The notes beneath the pieces are model-generated. The model saw nothing but the letters and a program-made list of their open reading frames with translations. It was not told the origin of the DNA and did no database searches. Positions 53,690 through 64,000 of a stretch of DNA of 64,000 nucleotides are shown here, one piece after another; the stretch's first letter is position 1, and each line of letters opens with the position of its first letter. Location: assembly GCA_030141605.1 (NCBI GenBank), contig JAQGDQ010000140.1, positions 248,001-312,000 on the forward strand. The letters run 5' to 3'. The translations under genes and the position numbers were made by a program. This DNA comes from Tubiluchus corallicola. Its lineage: Eukaryota; Animalia; Priapulida.

Positions 53690-53855
53690 AAAGACTAGAT
53701 GGTAACTGTCTGTAAAACGTCCTCTCTCAAATGCCTTTTGAAATTGTTAACTGTTAAAGCACTGATAATTGATGATGTAAGATGATTCCAATGTTGAACT
53801 ACGGGATGCCTAAAGAAATGTGATCTGATATTGGTTCTAGCTGGTTGCACAAATA
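53690..53855 (-). mobile_element. CR1-type LINE 3' end remnant
   Basis: Minus-strand ARTNIRSHFF...VVQHWNHL...TVNNFKRHL, typical of the CR1 ORF2 tail. Confidence 0.5.
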
Positions 53856-56800
53856 ACGAAGCTTTAAACAATTATTTAATTGAATTTTTTTAGTTAACTA
53901 AATTCTTTTAGTTAATTTGACTTCTGCTTCAACACAGTTGGTTTGACTGTTTGTTTGGTTGTTTGTTTTTGTCTGTTACAGCAGTAAGCCATTTACTCAA
54001 AAACTATCTGACAGATTTCCAGAAACTTTGTGAAGAAAGGCGGGTATAGAGTGCAAAAATTGGAATCGTTTCGCCAGTTCTCCTTTCGCAAAACTTGACC
54101 GAACACCGCATATAAAAAAACACTCGAAAATCACTTCACGAGTAACCTTTACTCATTAGTGTATAGCCTTATAGACTTGATACGCATATTATTGTCAGTC
54201 TATTAATTACTACCGCCAAAATTAATGATGAAAAGGGCAGATAAACACTATGTGGAACATTCGTCCATTACTCGATAGAAATCCAATCTGCTTCTTACTG
54301 AGCGCATTCTAGTTTTCTTATAAAATCAATTCCATCAAAATAACACGTGCCTTTTTTACCTACTTTTCCATTTGTGCCGTTTTTTCTATACCATTTTTAC
54401 CTGCGCCATTTTTCTGTGCCATTTTACCGTGTCATTTTTCCCTGTACCATTTTTACCGCGCACCCTATAGTCTACATACGCCCATTTTAGAGCTGCTATG
54501 CGATTTAGATAGGAAGAAAGACCAATACTTGATAAATATGACGAAGTATAGGTGTAAGGATTCTCACTGAAATTCACGCTTGGCTCTTCCTCCATCCATA
54601 TGGAATGTCACTGCGTTTTTGAACATTCATATGTAGTTTTCACGGATATAAGGTATAAGTTTCGAACAAATTTAAAAAGAACCACCAACACAATACCTGA
54701 ACAAAGCAAAGCCATATTTTTCATGCCAGTTAAACAAGCAAAATAATATTATAATCTGTGTACCTGTAAGTCTTGCGTGCCCTGGGCTGCTTGTCGGGTT
54801 TGCGTAGGCTCCCTATTTGCACAACTTACCTTTACTGCATCTCCTCCTAATAATGCTGCGGGTGTCCTAGCGATTTCCTGCATTTCCTGTCTTTTCCTGG
54901 CTCTTGACCTGGATCCTAAGTAAGAAATGAAAATTAACTAAGCCCACTTAGTTTGTAGCAAAGCTTGAGGCCTTTTTTCTTATTGTGGGTTTGAGTATAA
55001 CAGCAGAACCACCAACAACAGTTTTACAAATGAAGATGCCTTACTGTCCAGAAACTTATAATGGGTTGCTATGTTGCTATGATCTAAGAAAGAGTGTTTA
55101 TGATGTCACCAAGAATGTCCTCACTCCCAACACGCCAAATTTGTCATGAAGAAGAAGTTTGGACAAAGTTGTCCCGTGCCTAACGGTGTAGTGATATAAT
55201 TATTATCATATTATTATTCAGATTCAATTATTTAAGCTGAGCATACACTCCGTAGTCTTAAGAAGATTACCAGCTATTATGCCTTCCATAAATCACCAAT
55301 AAGATTTAATTTATATAATAAATTTAATAAAAATAATAACAACACTTCTCTGTAGGAAGAACTGTAGGATTAATAAATACTTAAGAGAAAAGATGTAGGA
55401 ACTATGAAACTTTAAAGTTTATTTTAAAAATTTAATTTCGTCTTCCCCAGTGTTGTGATTTGAGAATCTCTCCGCCCAGAGCCAAGAGGATGCTACAAGA
55501 AACGGTTTAGGGGTATATAAAAAAGAATAGTTTTTTAAATAATTGAATACCTGCTTATTCTGAATCTAGTTGAATTGAATTGAATTCTGTCTTCGTACTT
55601 CGGAAGAAATGATTAAACTTGTACATCAGCGTTGCTCCATTCTCTTCTAGTCCTCTCTTCCAAATTCGCTAGAAACGGTAAATGCAAAATAGTTCAACTA
55701 AATAGATAATACAGAATCGATCAGAAAAATCATTCCTGCAAAACTAGCTCGTTACCTTACATCCTAACAGAGGCTTTAGCCGAAGAAACCATCCTGTTGA
55801 CCTGTTTTTTCCTTTCAAGGAGCTGTAAATTTCCTGCCAAGAACCTATGGGATGAATAGAAACCGGTCTACACGATGGTGTGGGTCTCTGAAAGAGATGA
55901 AGGATTGCGAGTTGATTGAGGCAACGTTTTAGCATTACGGTTCATGGTTTTGCAAGAGAATTTAAAGAAATTTGCCTCTAAAGTACTTGCTTTTACTTGA
56001 GAATCCACCCGGAATAGAAGCAATCTACGAGGACCTCTTTGAGCAATCTGCTTAATGTGTGTAATGGCCAAGAAACTGTTGCTATGACGTCCAAATCTAA
56101 TGACGAGCTAACATTTGTGACATCAGTGAGGACGTCTACTGTCGTTGACCACAGATATTGAAGACATCTATAGTCATAGATATCTCACAGACATACCAGA
56201 TAAGTCTCTGGTATTGAATGCTTTTAATTCTGCTATTGGACGAGGTAAAAACCGAGTGGTCACGATAACAACTTAGCATCCAAAGTGAAGCAATGCTAAA
56301 AACAGTTTGTAAATGGATAGAGGACAGATACAATACTAACTGTGCAGTGTCATTCACCATGCTGATCTCATTGAGGGACGATGTATTTGCATCTGAACCT
56401 CCCCCCTCCCTCTTGTTGTTTCTCTTTCTGCCATCCTTTAATTATCTGCAGTGCTTTGACTAATGACTATCAACAATCGTAATCATTAAAATGACGCAGT
56501 ATTTAAGGTATCAATTTTGTTTTTTTTTATTTTATTTTGGCACAATTTCGTCGGTACAATTTAAAGTTGTTTTAGGATAAAATTCCTTTCTGTCAGTAAT
56601 TTGCACTGAATCATTTTCTGCATATAATTACTTTAAATTCAATTGATTGTCATAGTATTTGAAATATATTTTAATAAATAATAGAAATTATAAAAATGTG
56701 AAAACACCGAGGCTTTGAGAACCACGCAGATTTGTTAATATCTTGGGATCAACATTTTTCCAATAAATTAAGCTTCCTCGGGAATTTTTACGGTTCTTTT

Positions 56801-57953
56801 GTGGCAGAACCGGATCCTTGCTCATTTAAAAGGTAATTCTGTGAGATGAAACACTGAACTGGTAAAGTTACATACGGATGCATTTACATCTTCTCTACAC
56901 AACAAGAAATGAACGAAATGGTTCGGAATCAGAGTAAAAGTAACTTGAGTGTGAGCCCAAGAGTGATTTTCCTAAGCAGTCTCGCAACAAATCAGTTTTA
57001 GGCAACTTTGGCGTTGCTTAACTTCGGTAACGAATCACACGCCGTGATTACTCACTATTGTGCATATTCAAATATCAACATGATTCCCTACCAAATCGTT
57101 CTGACGTTACAAATCGAGATCTACTTTCTTGCCTTTGCGAGTTGACCATTTTTTCATTATATGATCCCTATTAATCAATAGTTAAAATAAACTACTTTTT
57201 ATTGCGCATTATCTTTTCTGGGAAAAAACATGTTCTGTGAAATTCCTGTGCTTTTTGTCGGAGAGGAAAAATTTTCTGGGAAACGAGTCTATACCACTGC
57301 TGCCACAATTGATCCTATTTAAACATCGTTACTTTTATTATCATAATAATAATAATATAAGTATAATTACATCATGGAGATATACTGTAATTTCTATCTG
57401 GGCCTGATAATTGTAATAATAGTTAACATATATTAATATGTTAATTATAACAATAAATACAGTAAAAACTCCACTGTTAGTAGAAACATTTCTGTTACAA
57501 GGTCCTGCAGTCTTACTGTAGTGCCTACTGCAGTATCATGTGCCAACTGTGATCATGTTAGCACACCCAAATAGTTATCGAACCTGCTGATATATGTAAC
57601 AATTTTCACTCTGAAATAACTGCTGGTAGATGCTGAAGTAGTCAAAGGTTTTTTGACAGCATGTGACAAGGTGGATTCTATTTTATATTTGCAATGATGG
57701 AAATTATCACGGTCTTAGTTAATGATACTTACAAATATCTGTCACAAATACATGTACGGCATAAATAGATTAATATATTATACAATAATATAATATTTTC
57801 GTCTGGCTACCTTTTACTGCTAAATGCGTAATGTCGCTTTCATTTAATTCACATTACTTGGTGAAGACCTTTCCATTTTCTGAAAGGTTTTCCTACTCGC
57901 AAATTACTCCTTCGAAATGAACAATATAAGAGCGTTGCTGTTCAAGTACTTAC

Positions 57954-58280
57954 TGTTGCAGTTCCTTCAGAATCTTGGGTTCTTACCGGGGTCCGTACCC
58001 TTGCAGTTCCTTCAGAATCTTGGGTTCTTACCGGGGTCCGTACCCTTGCAGTTCCTTCAGAATCTTGGGTTCTTACTGGGGTCCGTACCCTTGCAGTTCC
58101 TTCAGAATCTTGGGTTCTTACTGGGGTCCGTACCCTTGCAGTTCCTTCAGAATCTTGGGTTGTTACTGGGGTCCGTACCCTTGCAGTTCCTTCAGAATCT
58201 TGGGTTCTTACCGGGGTCCGTACCTTTGCAGAACCTCTAAGATCTTGGGTCGTTGACAGTGTCTGTGATATCTTGCCTTC
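57954..58280 (-). CDS. Putative internal coding exon (109 codons) with 15-aa repeats RVRTPVRTQDSEGTA; unknown protein
   Basis: Acceptor cttccttatttcag|, donor ACA|gtaagt; length 327 nt, phase 0/0; only one minus frame is stop-free. Confidence 0.4.
57956..58255. repeat. 45-bp tandem repeat, 6 copies plus a degenerate 7th
   Basis: Unit ttgcagttccttcagaatcttgggttcttac(c/t)ggggtccgtaccc at 57956, 58001, 58046, 58091, 58136 and 58181. Confidence 0.95.
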
Positions 58281-59559
58281 CTGAAATAAGGAAGAGCTCG
58301 AAAATACATTACCCTGCTGGTCTCGAAAGTCTAACGATTTTAGTCGTAATTTCTCAGGAGTTTAAATAAAAATTAACAAACCTCCGTCAGTAGATTGCTG
58401 ATCAACTCCGAATTCTTGCCCTCTTGTGGTAACTAAGAAGCTGTTGCTAAGAAGTGTTTATGGCGTCACAGGAAAATGTCCCTAAACCGGGCTACACGTC
58501 ATTTCCGTATAAGATGACATCCATCTGTATAAATTTTGAATAAACGATTAACAAAACGCTACAATAGGGTCTATTTAAATTATACAGTAATTATTGTTTT
58601 TTTTTGTACAGTTCGGAATCGTGCAAGCTATAATCCAGCATTCATTAGCAGCTCAAACACAGATTTTATGCTTATGGCGAGACTAGAACCTCGCTTATTA
58701 TCAAGGCAAAGCCACTAAGATGAGCCACTGAACTGGCAGAGGTGGCTTAATCACATTCAGATGTAAGTACGACTATCCTCTACAAGGTAAACAGCCAGAA
58801 TCAGCATGAACCTGTTTTGAGGGAGAACAAAGTTTGTCATTCATCCATTAGCTGACCAGCCTCTGCGCCATTCTTAACTTCAATAAGAGACATACACAAG
58901 TGCGGTGTCATCGTCAAAAGTGGGTGTTGGTGATAATAGCTGCACGTCTGCAGACGATACTGAGACCCAAAAATCATTGCGCAAATTGCCAATTGATATA
59001 TTAATTTTTATTATGCATATCCACGCTTAGGGCACAAGGATGACAGAAATAAAAAATATAAACAAAATCCCTAGCTTAGGCGTATTCAATGGGCGAGGCA
59101 GGCGTACAGAATTCTACGTTGGTTGCTTCCTGGTGAAGCCATAATTGAACTATCTGGTTATGCCTTTAACTGCTATTTCTGGTAACACCAGCAGTTAATA
59201 TCTTGGATTCCGCAAGAAAGCTCTGAAAACCTTTTGCACGCCAACTGAGATTCGAACCTACGCCTTCTTCTTTCACCGTCCAATTCGCTGTGAAGAAAGT
59301 GTTTATATAAGCTCCTGGACGGAAAGAATGATCATTACACTTTTCTGTAAATTCGGCACTAGTTTTGCTTTCAACCTACATATTTATCTAGAACTTATAA
59401 CGGTATATTTAAATAGTAATTAGCGTTTCTGTAGAGTGTAGAGTAACAAAATGTTACATACTTAATATATTACTTTAATAAAATAACCAATAAGGCTGAT
59501 ATTTTAATGAATATCAATTTTTTAAGTAATAATAATTTCGTTTAGGGCATGGTCAAGTG

Positions 59560-59730
59560 GTTATACCTTGAGTACCTCAACGCTTATTTTCAAGACGGTC
59601 CTGATTATTATTACCTGCACGTTCCATCAATAAAGCTTGATCGAAGAACCGGCGGTAATATTTCCTAATTCTTTGGTATGACTCGGTCGGGAGTTGAACC
59701 AGAGACCTCCCTGGCATGAAGCGCGCACAA
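59560..59730 (-). mobile_element. tRNA-derived SINE-like fragment
   Basis: Reverse complement contains a B-box-like GGTTCAACTCC followed by cgaccgagtcataccaaaga. Confidence 0.45.
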
Positions 59731-60835
59731 CTGGATGACCGGATTCTGATGCTCTCAAAGCCGACAATTCAGAAAAACCCAAGTGGCCTTCTCATTAGGC
59801 TTGCTATCTGGGTGAGGGTGACTGGCTGCCTCACATGTTAAGCATGTTAATTATTATTGTTCAGCTGGTTCCATGACGAATGTACTACCACCCCTTTTGG
59901 TAATGTGGGATTCGGAAGGAAGTTCACAACACGTATACCAAAAAATTAGTCCCTATAAACGTGATTAAATTTCTTACAAATTTAAACGCCCTATAATTGG
60001 TGGTTACCTCAGCTATATCTTCTGACTGTTTAGAATTTTTGCAATTAATTAAATTATAATGTTTAACTAAAATTCGCCCGTAATTCCGACTGTTAGGCTA
60101 AGTAATATGAGAACATGACACGTGTCAGCAGAGCAGCCGATAAAGAGAGTACAGTAGTAAAAACGCAAAAATGTATCGCTGGTAAAAAATGATTGCACTT
60201 GTAGCCAGGTTATTGTCAAATTTAATGTGAAAAAATAAATACTTATTTAATGACGGTCACTTATTTACAGTGATTTTATGCGTTTGTGTTTGACTGTCGA
60301 TGGATTTCCGTTGAAGACTGCAGTCAATAAAATTTTTGTATTGTGACGAACAAGCTCTTTTGAGGTTTCCTCTGAATTACATGAAAGACGAGTCAGTTGA
60401 GAAATGAACGGCGAATGCAGTGAATGCTCTAGGAAAAACACCTATACTAACGGGAGCCGGAGTCCAACCAAAGCGGCTAGCCTCCCCAAGGTAAAATTTA
60501 TGATTTCTTAATCTTGAGTGTAATACTACCTTTCATTACAAAAGCCAATATAAAAAGATGCTCTCCCAACAGCCGGAGTCTGCGTCAATAGTTCGCGTTT
60601 GCCTCTGGATGTTAAAATTAAGAAAACACGAAGCCTTAACCGAGTTTTGTGGTCCTCTTTTCAATAAGGACAAAAACCGGTCCTTGGTCTTCATTTCAGA
60701 GTTTCTATGTAATTTCTCGTGTTTTAAAATTAAGGTTTTATAATACATCTATCGTTCTCCAAGCTATTTATCATATTTTTTTCTAAATAAATAACAAAGA
60801 AATTCTATTATGATATTATTAAATTCTGTGTGTAC

Positions 60836-60952
60836 CTGTCTTCCTCGGACTCTACGTGTGCACCCTCGGACAAACAAAAGTTCCGCTAAATCTTTTTTTG
60901 CTTGAAGAACAGCATCCTTCTCTTTAGATTTGTTAGGTAAAACGATAAACAT
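60836..60952 (-). CDS. Putative first coding exon (39 aa, MFIVLPNKSKEKD...RRVRGRQ) of an unknown minus-strand gene
   Basis: ATG just downstream of the X-box/CRE module; donor CAG|gtacac, phase 0, compatible with exon 57954-58280. Confidence 0.3.
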
Positions 60953-62448
60953 CAAAGAAACGTGGTTGTCACCCAGGTACAGAGTGAGTATTTATGACGT
61001 CATTGCATGTGTACGTAGTCGTCACTTACTGAAGATCTGGTACGTCATCGCTCGATTCGTCAGATATCATAATTATAATCGTTTAAATAATATTTATTAT
61101 AATAATAATACGCAATTGGATTAAACGAATTAAAATAAATTATGTTTCACCAGCTTGAACAGGGTTGTTAAATACTTTGCTTTAAACACTATCATTATGT
61201 TTCGATATAAATTACTGTTTTCTTCAAATGTGAGGTGAAAGTCTCATCAAAATTACAGAATTACAAAGTTTTTGGTAGATATTGAATTAAGGGAATTTAA
61301 ATAGCACGATAATATTTTTTTGAATTGAGCTAATTTAGAAAACAAAAAAATAATTAGCATACGAAAGGATCGCTATAAGCAATACGATAACATAATTATG
61401 ATAAAAAATATTACTTGAACGATTAGACGAAAACAGCAGAATTTTTATTGTCATCCCTTCCCACTTTCTTAGTAGTAACCTAATAACTGTTTTTATTAAA
61501 ACATTGTTTTTGATATGATGTTTATTACACTACTATTTTGCAATCAGGTTACCTGAAAAATATAAGTTTTTTAATTTCATCTACGTATTAATGCTATTGA
61601 TAAATATGTTTAATTTTGCAGGCTTTCTTATAATATGACTTTAAGTTCTAATTGATTTAATTATTCTGTCTGCTAAGCTGCCGTTCTACACACAAGTTTG
61701 CTTAATTCCACATCTTTAAAGCAAAAACTAAGTCTTTCGGAATGTTCAGCTTATTCTAATTTTTTTTTAAATGTTAGGAAGTTTCAGCAATAAAACTGTG
61801 AGAAGCACCTCGTGTAATTAGTAAAATTAATTTAAAGTCCCGTCCACGTCATGTTTGGGTCCGCTCATTTTCAATGAAACTGTGCAGTTAGTAACCCTTA
61901 TCCTCCCATGTAGTCGAACAATCTTTTTTCCAGGTGCAGCTACAATTATCAACTACATGTATAAACTATTCAAACCGTTAAATTAGAGATTACTAATACT
62001 ATTTTTTTGTTTTTTGATGATCTCGTTGTCATAAACTTTTGCAATAAAAAACTGTTACTGATGATAATGTAATAGCCTTAAATAACCCAACAAAGTAACA
62101 GAATAGTTATCTTAACAAACTATAACTGAACTCCCTAAAGTCTAAACTAAGTAACCCATCTGGAGTTAAAGACGATTATAAATTTCTTTTACAGTTTTAA
62201 GAAAGGCATTTCATGTGTGTACATTGTGTGGTAATTCCAATATTTTTTGTGTATTAAAGTATAGCTGTAATGACCTTCATTTGGATGTAGAAGCTTCCCA
62301 TTTTTATGCAAAAGCTTCCCATTTGTATACATGCTTATTGTTCAAATTACTAAATATCCAAAGACGAACATCAACTTGTAACTCGAAAAAGTCAGTCATG
62401 TCCACACAATGTCATTAAGCTGACTAAATTTTCGCCTGTTACGGACAG

Positions 62449-62592
62449 GAAAACTTCCAGAGATTGTTTGAGATCCAGGAAAGGTTGCTGGGTGGTAAGA
62501 AAGAGATAGTGAAGCCAGGGAGGATGCTCATCAAACAGGGAGAACTAATGAAGTTGTCACGCAAGGAGCCTGCGCCACGGATGCTGTTTCTG
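62449..62592 (+). CDS. FGD6: FGD5/6-like FYVE-RhoGEF-PH protein, exon covering the DH-PH linker and PH start
   Basis: gacag|, ENFQRLFEIQERLLGGKKEIVKPGRMLIKQGELMKLSRKEPAPRMLFL, |gtaaaa; matches the FGD6-type NFQ.L..IQ..L.G..EIV.PGR..K.G.LMKLSRK...PRM.FL pattern; 144 nt, phase 0/0. Confidence 0.85.
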
Positions 62593-63130
62593 GTAAAATG
62601 ATAATATAATAGTCCCTCATTTTATTTTCCTTAAAGAAATTGCTGAGAAGTGCTGAAAAAAACAAAAACAGAAATCAAGGTGACAATAGTTAAAAAAAAT
62701 ACTAAAGTTTGAAAAAATATTATTAGATTTTTTATCATTAGGTTTATTTATTTATCATTTTAGCATAACACTATAAAATATAAATTATTATAATTACAAA
62801 TTGACAGTGCATTGCAGTGCTATGAGCATAATTAAGTTTTAAGCTAAGCTCAATATGGATGACCATTAATTATGACATAAACAAATAATAAACAACTTAA
62901 TTGGAGCAAAAATTGTTTTTTATTTGTTTTTTAAGTGAAAAGAACAATTAAACATTAATAAAACAGAAAAGTGTCAATACTCGGAGAGGCTAATTGATTT
63001 CAGACTTCAGCTTATATAAATTGCTTGTCAGCAAAATATTAAACATTTACTCAGTGGCATAGCTAAAAATATGACATATTTTTCTAGATAGTCATGATTC
63101 AATAGTTGAAAATTCTTTCAATTTTTCTAG

Positions 63131-63214
63131 CTGAATGATATTTTACTGTACACTGTGCCACATCCCAATGGACAATATAGACTCAGTGCTGCCTTAAGCT
63201 TGACCGGCATGAGG
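63131..63214 (+). CDS. FGD6: FGD5/6-like protein, next PH-domain exon
   Basis: ttttctag|, LNDILLYTVPHPNGQYRLSAALSLTGMR, |gtttgt; 84 nt, in frame with the previous exon. The gene presumably continues beyond the window. Confidence 0.85.
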
Positions 63215-64000
63215 GTTTGTTGACCATTATTCATTTTCATTAATTACTTCTTATTAATGTGTATTGTGAATTTTTTTATTAATTAATAAAGTTGTTTAAC
63301 GGTTGAAATTAGGTTGAAATTACAAGCAGATGTACGAAAAGTTGTTCACACGTTTTTATGTGCAAATGCGACACAAATATGAACTTCTTTCTTGTGTTTG
63401 ACATTCAGGTTCAGATCGAATTTTCCTTATTGACGAAGCCTTACGTTCATTTTGGAGTTACTGTTCACTTGTAGTCTTTCGGTTTGATATATGACTAACT
63501 CACATCACACAGTAGTTCAATGTTCATAGACTCACAGTACATTAATATGTCTGTACTACAAACAGTCTGTGCGTTTTCAATGGGAATAAGATTACAATAG
63601 GAATACCACATTTTTGTTAGTAGGCCTTACATTAGTGTCTGTAACGATGCATTGTGAAACCTAGCCATACTCAGCTAAATTTGGTTCCTGGTTTCTGTAG
63701 GGATTGCTAAGCGATTTGTTTGGCCGTTTAAATGAGAAACGTTAAATTTGGTTGAGTCTAAAATTGCACTAAGCACAGAAATATCACAGATTTGCTAAAC
63801 CAAACAAATGTTACAAAATCACGTAAATGGTTTTGTGACTTGAACTTCCATTATGGCAAACTAGTGGCATTTGTAGCCACATCATAAGATGGCGGTGGAG
63901 GAAGCGATTTACCACTGAACGTAAATCCTTGATCTGTTGTCTCTTTGACATCTGAACCAGGCGCTGATGCTCCGGCACTTAAACCTTGATGTGGTCCACC

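Larger units (their letters stand above)
46690..61002 (-). promoter_or_regulatory. Array of ~8 paralogous X-box-like + CRE-like modules, seven upstream of a putative minus-strand exon
   Basis: Variants of AAGAARCTGTTGCTA...TTTATGACGTCA at 46778-46845, 50880-50936, 51486-51506 (partial), 51753-51815, 55065-55120, 56068-56136, 58431-58482 and 60954-61002. Confidence 0.55.

Noticed and set aside
54355-54465. ccattttt-rich short repeats and the overlapping 69-aa ORF
   Set aside because: Looks like a subterminal repeat of a non-autonomous transposon; too little to classify.
57917-58256. Plus-strand ORFs (LQFLQNLGFLPGSVP)n and (GSYRGPYPCSSFRIL)n
   Set aside because: Antisense read-through of the 45-bp repeat; splice signals and promoter-like modules support the minus frame instead.
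58281-58312. 32-nt intron between a gtaatg donor and the 58280 acceptor (similarly 38 nt at 42373-42410)
   Set aside because: Much shorter than every confident intron in this window (all >500 nt); no support.

Overview
AT-rich, intron-containing animal (invertebrate-like) genomic DNA, not prokaryotic. Recognisable genes, all on +: (1) the terminal coding exon of an MKP3-class dual-specificity phosphatase (DUSP6/7-like, 4635-5020); (2) a complete 7-exon PLP-dependent serine/threonine dehydratase/serine-racemase-family gene (9939-25091, 338 aa, all splice phases consistent); (3) two exons of an FGD5/6-like RhoGEF PH domain (62449-63214) whose upstream DH exons I could not find. The 26-61 kb interval is built from nested tandem duplications: a ~773-bp x ~6 array, and a ~3.3-kb triplication carrying a pre-existing RTE LINE insertion with identical TSDs. 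It also holds a decayed CR1-type LINE. The most interesting structure is about eight diverged, regularly recurring modules (46.7-61.0 kb) pairing an RFX X-box-like site with a CRE (TGACGTCA)-like site. Seven of them lie upstream of a minus-strand exon ending in a splice donor. Two of these exons splice in frame into an unannotated protein with 15-aa repeats. The minus-strand transcription unit is inferred from motifs only and needs RNA evidence. All coordinates were read by eye.
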